Assembly (NCBI RefSeq): GCF_002571385.2
Contig: NW_019218096.1
Span: 111,993 to 175,992, forward strand
Direction: 5' to 3'
DNA length: 64,000 nucleotides
DNA from: Stylophora pistillata
Lineage: Eukaryota
Shown here: piece by piece, positions 37,124-51,086 of the stretch
Layout of the letters: every line of letters begins with the position of its first letter
Position numbering within the stretch: the stretch's first letter is position 1
Made by a program: the position numbers and the translations under genes
Notes under the pieces: model-generated
Database searches by the model: none
What the model was told of the DNA's origin: nothing
The model's input: only the letters and a program-made list of their open reading frames with translations

Positions 37124-37227
37124 ATGTTGAAAAAAGAGTTAATTTCATTTAAATCAGTTTTTGTTTTTAAGCGAGAGTTGTGATACATATATAAATGTTG
37201 TGCCGCGTAGCACTAAGAACACAAATT

Positions 37228-37498
37228 ATGGAACAGAAAATTAACTCTGAAGCGTTTTAACAGAGCATTAACTCTGAAGTGTTTTAACAGAGAATTAACT
37301 CTGAAGTGTTTAAACAGAGAATTAACTCTGAAGTGTTTAAACAGAGTATTTACTCTGAAGTGTTTTAACAGAGAATTAACTCTGAAGTGTTTTAACGTCT
37401 CAGTGTTAGCCCTTTACTAGGGCTAACACTGAGTGGGTTTCTCATGGGTTTCATTTAGCACTTTAATTTACACTTCAGAGTTAATTCTCTGTTCCATC
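37228..37498. repeat. MITE-like element with tandem 26-27 bp subterminal repeats
   Basis: (aacagagaattaactctgaagtgttt)x6 plus an inverted copy cttcagagttaattctctgttccat. Confidence 0.75.
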
Positions 37499-37659
37499 AT
37501 AGAAGTTGTGATAGTCGATTGTTTTTATAAGAATGCTTTTTAAGTCGGCGACTGGCAAATTGTCAAGACGATTCACCCCATTTCATGTTATTTTTAATAT
37601 CTGCATTTCTTTGTCTCGTTTGTAATTTGATATTTATCTCGTAGTTCGTTCTAGTTAGT

Positions 37660-38502
37660 TTAATGACTCAAAGACAGAATTTCTAGTCATCGGTTCGTCG
37701 CAGCAGTTATCTAAGGTTACCATTCCTTCAATTAAAGTGGGTGAATGTGACATTCAACCCCTTAAGCATGTTAGAAACCTTGGCGCATGGTTTGATAACC
37801 ATATGTCTATGAATGCTCATATAGGAAAGGTGTGCAGTAAGGCATTTGGGGGGCTTAATGATATTAGGCAAATTAGGAAATATTTGTCTGCAGAATCAAC
37901 AAAGTGTTTAATTCGTGCGTTTGTTACATCACATTTAGATTATTGCGATGCTCTTTTGTATAAGCTTCCGCAATATCAATATGATCGACTTCAAAAAGTT
38001 CTTAACGCGGCGGCTTGGGTTACATGCTTAATTCCTAAGTCTGCTCATATTACTCCGGTACTTAGGGAACTTCATTGGTTGCCGGTGAAAGTTAGAGTAG
38101 AATTTAAGATTGCGCTTTTAGTTTTTAACACGTTGAATGGCCTAGAACTAGATACAGCCTGCGGTGTGATTCTGAAACATTGCTGCTAATCCCAAGGGTG
38201 ACACGGAAGACTTTTGGCGATCGAGCCTTTTTCCATCCTGGACCAACAGAATGGAATGCCTTGCCATCTAGTCTTAGAAACTGTAGGAACATTTACTCTT
38301 TTAAAAGTACAATTGAAGACTTATCTTTTTAAGAAAGTTTTTAATTTGTAATTTTATATTCTTATTACTAGTCTTATTTATGCCATCTAGCCTTAGATAC
38401 TATTTGAACTTTGACTTTTTTAAAGTACAGTTAATATTGTACAGCGCTTTAGAATATTTTAATAGTTAAAGCGCTATACTAAATGTAATAAATTATTATT
38501 AT
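37660..38502 (+). mobile_element. 5'-truncated L2 LINE
   Basis: NDSKTEFLVIG, then ORF 37737-38189 (RNLGAWFD...AFVTSHLDYC...HITPVLRELHWLPV); agcgc stem-loop and (ATT)n tail. Confidence 0.9.
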
Positions 38503-41500
38503 AGTTATTGATCCTAGGAGTATGATTACCTTATCTTGTTAAAAAAAAATCAAACTCCTTTTTACTTATAATATCTAGTCAATATTTAAATCAGTTGTTG
38601 ATGTCATTTCACCCCAAAAAAACCAAACTAATTTCATAAGTTGCTCTTTTCACATTGGTAATAATTTCATCTCCTCCCATTAATTGTAATTTCCAAGTTT
38701 CAATAAGCTTTTACCTTCGTTAGCTGGTGCATTCAAAATTCAAAATTTTCTACTACGCAGACTCAGGTTAGAATTGATTGTATTCCATGTGAAATAAACA
38801 TTTGAATACAATAAATTTACAGCATGTTTTGCTTTACTTGGATCGTTTGAGCCAATTAATAGATTGTTACTCACTTACAAGTCAATTATTCGATTTCTTA
38901 GACAGTAGTGCGAGTAACGCGTTTGTCTGTTCATTGCATGTGTCGTCGAAGTAATGTATTAATGCATTGCAAAGTTCTGTTATGAGTTTTTTATGCGCGT
39001 AAACGTTTTCGTCTGGCTTCAAGAAGATTGAATTTTGAAGTTTGTCTTACATAATGATTATAAATTAACAATATCAATATAAGTAAGAGGATCACCCATG
39101 CATGTTATGAGTCCATATCAATTTCACCCGAAAATATGAGTTTGTTTCCATTGAAGTTAAAGTCTTCTGTCGTTGTGTCATTTCCATCTAGCTACAAAAA
39201 ATTGGCTTCTCGGTTTATATGATATTTACTTTACCACTGACATCACCTAGATCTAATTTCTTACGTTCTACAAGACAATTTCCATCATCTGTAAGTCTTG
39301 TTTTTTTTCATCGGCAACAGTATAGCTTAGTAATCCATTTGAGTAATTCCTTTATTATAACACCACATTATTCAATTACTTCTTTACAGTTTTTAAACGA
39401 TTAATTTTCTCGGTTTATCAATGTATAGGAAAGAGAAAGGCTCTTTAGTTGCCTTCTTCAATTTACTTTTCTCTGAAAATGCTTGTGTTTTCTTTACAGA
39501 AGGAAAATTATAAATGCAGAAATTAGAGCAGTTCAAGCCTTTGTTATTGAAAATTCAGCGTTAGTAAGGTAATTTTAAAGAAATTTTAAACAAATTACAT
39601 GCTTTTGATATTTTTTTTTCACAAACATGACCACCCTAGACTATTATCACTTAAATATTCTACTGGAACGATATTATCATCAATTAAATTGTTGTTATAA
39701 CTTTATAACCTACCTCTTTGTTTATCTGTTCTAGGACTTGTAAAAGGTCTTAATATGTTTTTTGTTCCAAGTCAAGTTTTTAGCTTAAAGATAAATTTTG
39801 TCGGAGTAAAGAAGTGTGTAGATCATGTCAATAAGTAGGTTAGTTTTTCCAGAACCAGATAGTGCACAAATTATCATTCCGAAGCATTCATCTGGCATGA
39901 ATTCAATTTTTTTTAGTCAGTTTTTTCCTTGCCTATTATAGTTTTCAACTTTATATAAATACATTATGTTACTTTCAACTGAGAGTTGTACTTTGGGTTT
40001 TACTGCCAATAAAGTTTCGTTTATTTAGTGTGATTCATGATTAGTTTGGATAAGTGAAAAGAATTCGCAAAATAAATATCAGAACTAAATAAAAAATAAA
40101 ATTAAATGTAATAAGCGAAGAATGATGTAATAACAGATAAAAGGTGGTGGACAGGTGAGAAAAGCATTTTTAGAAAAAACTTTGAAGAAAATTACAAGCA
40201 AGTTACATGATGTCATTCCTGCCAATATTGTTTAAATTAACACCCAAGCGAAAAAAGAAAATAATACTCAAGAGAAGTGTTCCAAGATTGTGGAATCTAT
40301 GATGAGGTCAGTTGAGATTTAAATTTAGGAGATTTGTTTGACGCAGATGAGCCATTGTTAAAGTCACAGCAGTAAAAATGCAGAAAAGCAGTTAAAATTA
40401 TAATTCCTGTTTATTTACATCATTTTCCTAAAAATTTTATATAAAACCTGATTTTGAACAACTGCCACCGCCTTTTAGGGCACCAGACTGTGAAACAAAT
40501 GAAGAGGATTTAAGAGAAATAGATCAAGAGAGCATGTCATGAATTTCACAAAAATACAATATTAGATAGATATGACTTACTTGTTAATAATATCAAATTT
40601 CAGTTGGCTGAGTTTAAACAGAATGATAAAGGAAGAATAAAATTCATTGATAAACTTTGCGAGGGGGCAACACAAAGAAAGATCTCTAATAAATCTGGCG
40701 CAAATTGGCAAAAACGATTTTCAATCATTTTTCAACTCGTTTTTACAAGCATGATAGGCTTTAAACTACTACTAGATAAGGTTGCGAAATAATAAAAGAG
40801 AAAACAAAAGCCTATGTGAAACAAAATGCAACAAAGTTATGCTTCTAGCATGCGATTTCAAATGATCAAAATTAGTCAAAAAGGGCTGAAATTGAAAATG
40901 CACCAGCAGTTATTTTTATGCATGAAAGTAAAATTTCTGATTTATATAGGTATTTTACGAAAATCCGTGTCTTAATTTGAAAAACTCTGAGGCTATTCGA
41001 GATAGTATTTAGAGGGTCGATACCCCAATAGACACCTAAAACCCTATCATCATAATAGAGTCATTAGAGGGAAAAATGTTTTCATCATTTGTTTGCCCAA
41101 GCATATCATTAATGATTAGATGTCAAGTAAGTCGACGAAACTCAAGATCAGGAAAAGTTATTTAACTGACAAAATCATTAGGTTTAATCACATAGAAAAA
41201 CATAAATCTGTCTCAATGAAAAGAAGACTCGAAACTAACAGAGAAACTAGAGGAATTTGGAATAAATTATCAGCATGGCTCTGATTTAATTCAAGTTGTT
41301 ATCTCCAAATTAAAAAAAAATATCCACGTGGTAAGAGGGAAGGCGGTTTGCGCAGTTTGCATCGACTGATTGTCAAAGAAAACTGCGGGACAAATCCATT
41401 GCTTAAAAACCTCGCACTTAATTTTGAAGACTTTATTAGATAATAAGGTATTGATGAACTCAGCTAGTGCCGAATGATATTTAGGTAACCTAATTCACCC

Positions 41501-41749
41501 ACTAAAATTAAGCTCAGAGGTTGGAATCTGAGATTTTCGTAGCGAATTAGGAGTTAAATTGCAGAGAAGGGAAAAAGTAAATCTACTTAATTTAAAAATG
41601 AGTAAGACGAAGTCGACAAAGATCCGCCAATTTCCGGCGAAGTCGAAAAGGAAAACTTTGTCATTTACACGTACTAGTCTACATGAATATGCTCCGATGT
41701 AAAAGCAGCTAGATTTAGCCCTTGGCAGTTAGCCACTTCAGGAAATCGG

Positions 41750-41950
41750 TAACTCTGATCAATGACCGCAGTGAAATCAAGTTACGTTCACATCATCGAT
41801 GAGCCTCCTCTGCAGAGCCAATCAGATCTACGTAAAGCCTACTGTTTACGATTTTTACACGCAAGCATTTTCATTTGATTGGTTCGCACTTTTTAGTTTC
41901 AATTCGTGGAAACGAGAACAATGAAATCTTCTTTTGATGAAATTCCTGCG
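41750..41950. repeat. Duplicated non-coding module (paralog 43563-43755) with paired CCAAT boxes
   Basis: taactctgatcaatgacYgcagtgaaatcaagt...gagccaatcagatcta...tttgattggttcgca...tagtttca present in both copies. Confidence 0.8.
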
Positions 41951-44900
41951 ATCGCTAAAAGTGCTTTATGTTGTAAGCAAAGAGTGCTATCTAGATTATT
42001 CGTTTTCATGTAAAATAACCACTGATTTGGCTAATTCAGTTATGGCGAGCACAGTTTGGCATACAATCATGAAAAACTTACTAGAGTAGAGTAAAAGAAA
42101 TTCGACAAACATGGTGTTTAATTGTTTCCCTAAATTAGTATTGCTGTTTACGACTCCTCTGGGAAAGAACACCGACGAAAGTCTTCCGTAATATCTCATG
42201 AAAGTTGACACTTTCGCCAAAAAACTAATGGGGTTTCAGTGGCAGATATTCACGTAATTGTTTTCCAAGACAAGGCCATACTTGTTTCGGTTTTCTCTTT
42301 GTGGAATAATTAATTGCTCATATAATTTACCCTCTGCTGTGACCATTCCAAATATAAAAGCCAACTTTTCTTTCGTCTCATTTGACTTAAAAAAAAAAAA
42401 AAGAAAGCAAATGAGATATTCGTAATATTTTCTATAGTTACTCTGAAATTAGAGAAAAAAAAAAAGGTTTTGGATGTATGTTAGATGAGGGAGCCATAAA
42501 ATGAAAATTACTTTCGGGGAAATCAGTTCATAACGGGTAAAAGGGGTTTTGTTGCTTTTAAGAATTGTTACGCATTGTTTAACCCGTTTTAAACCCAAAA
42601 ACTTACACGATTTTCTTGAGAGAAATTGATTGAACTGCCACTCTGTTTTGAGAGTGACACTCCATATCTATGAGTGCGAGTAACGTTTACTCTGCAGCAT
42701 TCATATTTTGTTGCATCCTCTTTAGACAAACTGAGAAATTGAGTGGGAACTTCTTTTCCCATTCAGACTATTCACTTTCGCTAGCGAGCGATGTCGTCAC
42801 GAGCAGTTATAAGGGAATCAATCAGATGTTTTTAATAACTGTTAAAAATGTTTACTAAGAAAATTTCACTCTTGCTTTGCTTTTCTATTAATGAAAAAAA
42901 TTACTTGAATTGATAATTAACTGTCTTAACTATTGGAAAATGAGGACTTATCCTAGAGGTAGTTAAGTCTTTGTTTCACGTGAAATTGGCCGGATAGTTC
43001 TGGAAAAAGGCCAAACCATGTTCACCTCTTGGTTATTGATCTCCTTTTATTTTTTAAATTTCTCACTCAAAAGCTTTGCTTTTTCTGAGAATTTAGCGAA
43101 ATTGTCAGTGAACAAATTAGAACAGGTAACTTTTCAGTTATTCCTCTAAGAATATTTTTCATCAACGTTTAAAATGAAAATCACCTCGTGTACATTGAAG
43201 TGCGAAAAATATGCAAAAAACCACCCCTCCCCTTTCCTCATTCAGGAACATATGCCGTCGGTTTTAGGCTAACCAAATATTTCGTTGTTTTCTTCGAAAA
43301 GGCTGGATTTTATTCACATCTTCAGTCCCTTGAAAAACATTCCACAGAGATTAGCCCTTTTCCGAAGGACCAGCAGGGTAAACTTTTACATTCATCAATT
43401 GCCGAAATTCAGACGAAAGTACATTTATGTGGTTTACTATGCACATATTTCTAGTTCGATGAGATTATGAATTCAGTATTACTGACGTCGACTGCATTGA
43501 AAAGCTAGAGGATAAAAATCAAAGGCTCACCTTTTGATGTAAACGATCTGCTCGAGGATATCTGTAACTCTGATCAATGACTGCAGTGAAATCAAGTAAC
43601 GTTCGCGTCTCTGATGAGCCTCCTCTGCGGAGCCAATCAGATCTATGCCAAGTATTTTTTTACGGGCAAACAAGCTTATTTGATTGGTTCGCATTTTTAG
43701 TTTCATTTCGAGGAGATAAGAAATATGAGACTTTCGCGTCGATGAAATTTCCTGGATGACTCTGGAAAAAGGCCAATCCCGCTTTAAAAAAGCGGCTTTA
43801 ACAGGGTGAATGCTAAAGTCCAAAATCTCTATTCTGTAATATTAGTCATTCATAGACTTGCTGAGTGTCAATAAGTTTTGTATCAAAAAAGTTGGAGCTT
43901 TGTTAGTTAAGCATATCGATCGATACCACTCTTTGTTATGATTTTGCAAAAGTGTTGAGAACAGCTGGCATTGCAGTCCTGGTTATACGAATAAAGAATG
44001 CTTCTGTGCACGTGATACTCATAAAGGTCGAGGCTTTGTCTCAGTTTGTTTTAGCGCGTTTCAATTACTATCTCCCCTTTGAAATAATCCGCTGCGAATT
44101 TTTTAGGGAAGGGGGGATGTGTACATGGTCAATTATTCAGATGATTTTCCATTTGTATTCTGAAAAGCTTTGCGCACACTAGACCTGCTTGAGTATTCGT
44201 GAGCATTGTGCAACCCCATTTTAGACTACACTGATACTTAAACTTTCTTAGAATTGCTGATATCGGGAAAAGTACTTGATTACGCCCGAAAAATACGATT
44301 TTTTGTCCATTGCTCATTATCTTCTCTCCTTCTTAGCCGTTCTACGTGATATTGCGCAGTGCTGTCTGTTAGTAAAAGCTCCCTTTGATTTGAGGGGACC
44401 ATTGCTTATCATCCTCAAGGAGTACATTTTGAGTAGAAACAAACGCTCAAATTAAAATATGTAATTCCTGCCGTGGGCGAGATTTTGTGGAGTCGTGTGC
44501 AAAGATGCAATGTAAATAACTTCCTTTCTACCTCAGGCCGAGTGAGTAATGAGCTAGCTCTTCTCTCTTCCTGATCCACATAAACGAACTACCAAATTGC
44601 TTGGCTATGGGCTCCCATAGAATGAATTCCAACCACATTATTGCATGTTTCTCTTCTGCCTCTAACTAGCTGATCTTGAGACTCAAGTCAATAATGATGG
44701 AATGAATACATATTGATCTTTAGCTTAAAGCTAACAGGTTAGGCACCTATGCTGCCTAAACAGAGTTTCTGATGATTAGCTCAAGGACAAAATAATTTTA
44801 ATGACCACGCAATAAAAATTAATATAGACGGCGTCCGAACAAACCAAACGACCAGCAAGGCCTACACGATGAGATTTGTAAAGTAGTCTGGTCGACTTTC

Positions 44901-45169
44901 GATACATGGACTTAAACGAGACAGGCCATTTATTTCCATGCAAACAGCTACTGATAGACAGGGAGGTCCTATTGAACCGTCCTTTGATTGAACCATTGTA
45001 TGGGATGGCTTTTCGCAACAGCTCCGAGTTATAATTGATAAAGCTACAGAACTGCGTCGTCCACATTGTCATTCACTGGCTCAAGATATGAGTTTTAGTT
45101 ATCTTCTAGACTCGCTTGATTGGGACAACTAATCAATTAGAGAAGGTCATTAGGAGGGGAAAAGAGAAA

Positions 45170-45440
45170 GTAAACTAAATATACAATTGGAATAATGATC
45201 TCTCCCTAGCTTATTTCTGTAATGCGTTTACGCGGGGAAACTCGAGTTACTATGTCCACGACACAAAGGAAAAATTGTCCCTTACCATACTGGGAACTGA
45301 CTACTTAAAGCGTACATTTAGTTGCAATGGCGCCCAATTATGGATCAGCCTCCCCAACTTAGTACATTCAACAAACTTCTCGCGTATCTCTAGGAGAAAC
45401 ATCCAAAGATAGATTTCTAAACAGCACTCCCATACGCAGG
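45170..45440 (+). mobile_element. Degraded CR1-like LINE 3' fragment
   Basis: Translates to TDYLKRTFSCNGAQLWISLP, typical of the CR1 ORF2 tail. Confidence 0.55.
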
Positions 45441-47128
45441 CAGATATTTAGGAGATTAATATGCCTTTATTGTCCTTGTTGTTGCATGTAATTTTTATTT
45501 GATGCTTGTAAGGTGACCATTTCTGTTTGGTATCCTACAATCGCTATGTGTTGTTATTATCGAGTAACAACGATTTGCTTTCGCCAATATTTTGTTTTCA
45601 TAGTGTTTAGAGCCTGGTCATACTCCAGCCTCTTCTGTTGTATGCCTAGTTTATTGAATTTCTCGGTCTCCTCTCAGCTGAGATTATGATGGAAATAAAT
45701 TAAGTTTCTTGCGAATATACGGGGATTTCAAATGACTCACTCTTTCCTGAATAGCTTTAAACTCTTATCCATTACCATTGTCCCCGAGTTAAACATAGCC
45801 TGACCTGAAAACCTGAAAACCTGAAAACCTGAAAACGTTTGTAAATATAAACCTTTTGTTCATACAGAATGAAAATAATACATCAGCTGAAGAAATTTTG
45901 CCTTTGTATTCGGTTCTATTGCGGATTGAATTCTGTTACAAAAGATTTCTAATGTGTGTTCATATTCTGCCTTTAGCAAGCTTCTATCTCAGTATGCAAG
46001 GCTATTTAGTTTTTTCCTCAAGGATATCCCCGCAAACTGGATAAAACCGAAGCTAAAGGATATTCAAATGTTCAAAATTTAGCGTTCAGGTCAATGATTG
46101 CTCTATATGGCCACCAGAACTCTGATCTTCTACTCCCATATGAAAGCAACATTATCTCCTTATTGAGCCATCGAGCTCGTGAAATCCTTTGAGCAATTCC
46201 AAAACTATTCATTTCACTAAGATATTGGACCAAACTTTAAGTTACAGAAAGCTGTAACGTTAAAATCAGAGTTAAATCACCTCATAAAACGGTGTAAAAA
46301 TAATTACTCTTCCACTGTTTATTAAGTCTGAACAGAATACACGGAGAAAAACAATTAAATGAAGCATTCGACTGATATGAAATACTAGCATAGCTCGGAG
46401 CTCTTCAGTTCTGGGAAATCCATGTGGCAATTAAGAAACATGCGAATTTTTGGAAAATGGGCAAAGAATTTTTATGGACCGGCGATATATTTGTTGAAAT
46501 TTATTGTTTATAGCCTTGGTTTATAGAGATGATTTTTCAATTTCAATTTGGTTGATCTTTTCAAAGGAGTCAGTAACTCTCTAGATCTAATAGCGCCTCC
46601 TTTCATGTCATGATAGAAACACGGCTTTCCCTTTATACAGGTAAGTCTAACTTAAAAATGTGATTTTGGTATCGTACAATCCGGCGCTATGCGTTGTAAT
46701 TGACGCTTTGCTCGTCAATATTTTGTTTTGACTTTAATTTCCTAACATCAGTTTGCTCCAGCCTCTTCTGTTCCATTAAATTCCACGGTCTGCATTTCAA
46801 GTATAGCTGAGATTATGATGGAAGTAGAAGTCCCTTTAATACTTTACAGTGATTTTGATCGACTTTCTGTTTCCTAAACACTTGTGCCAACTTTCTATTC
46901 TTAAAGGATTTAAATACTACATCAGCTGCAGAAATCAGTTTTAGTTTTTAATATACTATTCAATGATTGAAGTTTTTTGGTACAGAATATGTCTAAAATA
47001 TTTTTATCTTTGGCTTTAGTTAGTTTCTCGACCTCTCTGTGCAAGGCTTTTGATATCGAAGTTCGACTTTTCAAAGCTTATAGCTTTTATCATCATCGTT
47101 GCAAAGTTTTGGTATCCATTGACTCAAT

Positions 47129-47480
47129 TTAGATCGATCCTTCTTCCTCTAATTTCTTCTCAATATTCTCAAGCTCCTCCGCGTTTCGCATCAAATCTTT
47201 GGCGGCGTCTAATCCTTTGTTTTTCACGAGATCTCTGTTCATGAAGCTAAGGTAGTCTTCCCCCATACAAAAACAGAATGTATAATTCCCTTCAGCTAAA
47301 GGGAGTCCGTGAAATTCTGTAAAGCAATTCCAAATTATTCATCACCGTCTGAAAGCCATAGATGCAAAAAAGATGTGGTCGAAACCTAAGATTACAGAAA
47401 GTCATTTCACTGATAAAATCATCAGATGTAATACCATGAGAAGCTATTAATCTTTCACAGCTTTCCCATATCAAACGCCT
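47129..47480 (-). pseudogene. APOL-like remnant
   Basis: DYLSFMNRDLVKNKGLDAAKDLMRNAEELENIEKKLEEEGSI*, preceded out of frame by VFVW. HLFCIYGF upstream resembles RLMYIYGL. Acceptor-like cttttcttttatag near 47480. Confidence 0.75.
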
Positions 47481-49454
47481 ATAAAAGAAAAGTTAAACCT
47501 TAAACATCCGATAATACTAGCATAGCTCAAAGCTCTTAATTCTAAGAAATCCATAGGGCAAAAATCCTGCTAGTTTTCAAAAAATGGAAGACGCCGATGC
47601 TTCTGATGAAAATTCTTGTATGCAGCCTTAGCTTATGAGGCTATTTTTTATTTCAATTCAAATTTGCACATTGTTTTTGAGTTTAGCGTTGATCTTCTCA
47701 AAGGAGTTATTAACTCTAACAGTTGCACTCTATCCTGTCACGGTCAAAACACGGCTTTTCCTTTAGGCATTCAGTTATTACAGTCTTCGTCTCGATCATG
47801 GTTATTTTTTATTTCAATTTAAGCTTGCACATTGTTCTTGAGCTTAGCGTTGATCTTCTCAAATGAGTTTGTAACTCTAACAATTGCACTCTATCCTTTC
47901 ACGGTAGAAGCACGGCTTTTCCTTTTAGGCATTCAGTTAATAAAATGTTTGTCTCTATCATGCCCTGACCTTTTCAATAACACGACGGCTTTGTAAATGG
48001 AACATATCAGATTTCTTCTGGGAAAAGTCCTTCGCCCGTATGTCGTTTTCCCCGAAAACGAGATATCTCCTATTTGAGTTCGGAAAAAAATATTTAGAGC
48101 CGGATATCGGCGGCTGATTCACATTCAATGCTTGCAAGTTACTCCGAAACAACAACAAGATTCTCAAAATCTATCTACCGGCCATTGATGTTTACACTTT
48201 TCTCAGACACAATTCGTTCAAAAAAAAAAAAAATTAATATTCTCTACGGAACCGGTAAGATTTATCCATTAGTCGTACAACACTGTGATAACTTAGAAAG
48301 TTTAGGAACAGTTCTAGATAAATTATCACACTGAATTCTCTTCGATTCTCTGATGAAGTAATGAGTAAGACCTACATTTATTTTCACGATGGTAATAAAT
48401 CAATTGTAAGAAAAATATCGATATGAATCAGTGATGAATGCTTATTACAAGGAGATCACCGGACAAATTTAAGCTTTTAATAAAGCAGTTTCGGATTTAG
48501 AATTGAGATTGATCAGGCATGAAGATATTGAAGTAAGTTGGTGAGCTAGCGCCGAATAATGTTTAGAAAACCTAACTTACCCACTAAAAGTAAGCGTTGG
48601 TAGATCACATGTTTAGATTGTGTATTATATGGAGCAGAGGATTACACATTAAAATGCTGTAAGGTTGGAGAGCTAATTTCGTTATACAATGAAAAAACAT
48701 TTCTAACCTGGAGATCTGGCCTTGCTTAACACAGTTTCTTCGTAGGGGGGATGCAGTCGCTAGAGAAGGCGCCACTGCATTGGTTGTTAATTCCGAATGG
48801 CGCAGTCATTTAAGTAGATCCCTCGATACGATAGTGTTACAGAGACAAAGCGTTTGATTGGTTCTTTATCACAGAATTTATAGAAAAGGGGCTTTCCCAG
48901 TAAACAGTTAAGAGTTAGTTTTGATCGATATAAGAATCATGCCCGACCTTTCTAAGAACCGCTTTTGAAATGGAACCTATCAAGCATCTTTTCTGAGAAA
49001 AATACGTTTGAAATGAACAAAATTGATGTAGTTACCATTTGAAAGACAGTTTATCAATTTTCAGTTTTTTCTTAACGGTTCTAAATTGTTCATATGCTTG
49101 CCTATGGTTGGCAACGGCTGCTCACAGACAGACGGTTCTATAAGTTATTTTTAAGCTGACAAGTTTATGAAGGAGCCAACATTTTTGGCTTTTACTTCGT
49201 GGAAATGGAAATTTATCTCAAAGGCAGTAAAGACCTATTAAAAAATTCCTGCAGGATAACGTTTTTTTGATCACGCGCAATCTTAAAGAGATTGTGAGAT
49301 GTTTATCGTCTTCTGTAGTGTTGCGGCAAGAACTAAAAGCCATAAATCACATGAGGAGAGAACTCCAATGTGTATCGCGTGCGAATGCCGGACTAATTAT
49401 ATTATTAAATAGTACACACCGAAAAAGGAAATGGCTTACCTTACCGAAGTGTCA

Positions 49455-49580
49455 CTGTAACTCAGTGATATAGCATCGGTATGCTGAATACGAAAGTCTG
49501 AGGTTCGATTCCTCACCGGAACTCTGAATATTTTTGTCTGACCCACGCTCGTGACATGACGCAAAAACATCTTTCTTCAT
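49455..49580 (+). mobile_element. Short tRNA-derived SINE
   Basis: A-box-like gtaactcagtg and B-box ggttcgattcc; no complete cloverleaf. Confidence 0.6.
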
Positions 49581-51086
49581 AACTACTTCTTGTTCAACAC
49601 TGACTGAAATTTTTGTAGTGTGGCTTACCATTAAAGCAAGGTCAAAGTATCAATATATCAACGGTATGTGCCTTTATAGAACACTCCCGAAGGCGGCAAA
49701 ATAAAGGGGTTTGCCGTGACGCGTGACGGCCATATGAGATAATTAACGACGAATTGTGTGACCAGTACCACTTTAGTCACATCATGCTTAAAAAGAACCC
49801 CTGGCTTCGTGAGCCTTTCAATTGAGGAATAGCGGTTTCTTTCGAATTTTACTGTGATTTCCATTGGCTGATACTTTCTTAAACAACTGTAATGTCATGC
49901 ATCGCCTTAATCCCCGAGTCAAACATAAAAAAGGTTCTCAAAACATATAATTATAAAAGTTGTTTATCTAATGGATTAAAACGTCACATTTACTGGAGAA
50001 ATTTGAAGTAAATAGTATTGGATCTCTTACGAGCGGAAAGTTCCCACACTGACCTTGAGCAAAAAGGCCGGATCCAAGTATTACATAATTAAGGAAAATG
50101 GTAAACGAAATAAAATCGTTACTCAGATGAAAAGCTCAACAAGCCAGCAGGTTTCGTGTTATTGAAATGCGCTTCACGCCGCTGTTCTATCATGTCGTTG
50201 ATGTAGCGCTGATCACGCAACCCGCGAATCGTTCTTTCCGGAATTCAACTGGAGACTGGGGCGGAACTTAACTCGCGAAGCACCCTGGGGCTGTTTTTGG
50301 ATACGCGAGCCAAAGTATTAAAGAAAAACATGGGGAAATTGCCGTGCTGTGTGCCTCGTTGCACAAATAAGTATGTCAAGTTGATACGAAACCTTAATCT
50401 TAGAATACACTCGTCGAGTACAGAAATATGCGGCAAACATTTTCCGCAAGGCGAAAGGATGAGTCGTACAGAACTCCCATCAATTTTTCCATGGACTAAA
50501 GCTAAATCAAAACGTCGTGAGCTAGTTAAGCACGACGTAACGGCCAAAAGAAAGAGACGAAAACCCTCTTCGACCAAAAGTGTTTGTGTTGAACTCCACA
50601 ATGTCGAGGAGTCCAGCGAAACCCTTCTAAAGGAGATTGAACAGCAAAGAAACCCTAAAGATGTGATTGTCCCAGAAGATACTATTGAGATGGAATAGAG
50701 GACAAAACTGATCAAGTACATCGTTCGGAGAAGGAAGCGAACAATGTGGAAACCCTGAAGGACCTTAAGGCAAAACTCGAGTCACTTGAAAAAGATTTGG
50801 AAGAATGTAAACAACAACTTTGTTCAGCAAACTAGATCAACTGAAGTATAAAGTTGAAAATGAGCCAAAATTCGAATTAGACGATTACAAGGATAACGAT
50901 GAATCCATTTCATTTTATACAGGATTTCCTATTTATGCTACAATGATTTTTTGCTTCGATACTCTGAAAGCTAAAGCTGAAAACCTAAGTTATGGTGGTC
51001 ATGAACGAGTAAACTTTGTCAATAGAAAATCAGGTAGGAAAAGGAAGTTATCACTTTGACAGGAATACACTACTCTTGTACTTTAA

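Noticed and set aside
37240-37400. CRISPR-like array
   Set aside because: Repeats are contiguous with no unique spacers; eukaryotic context; no cas genes.
49455-49525. tRNA gene
   Set aside because: Degenerate SINE head; no cloverleaf.
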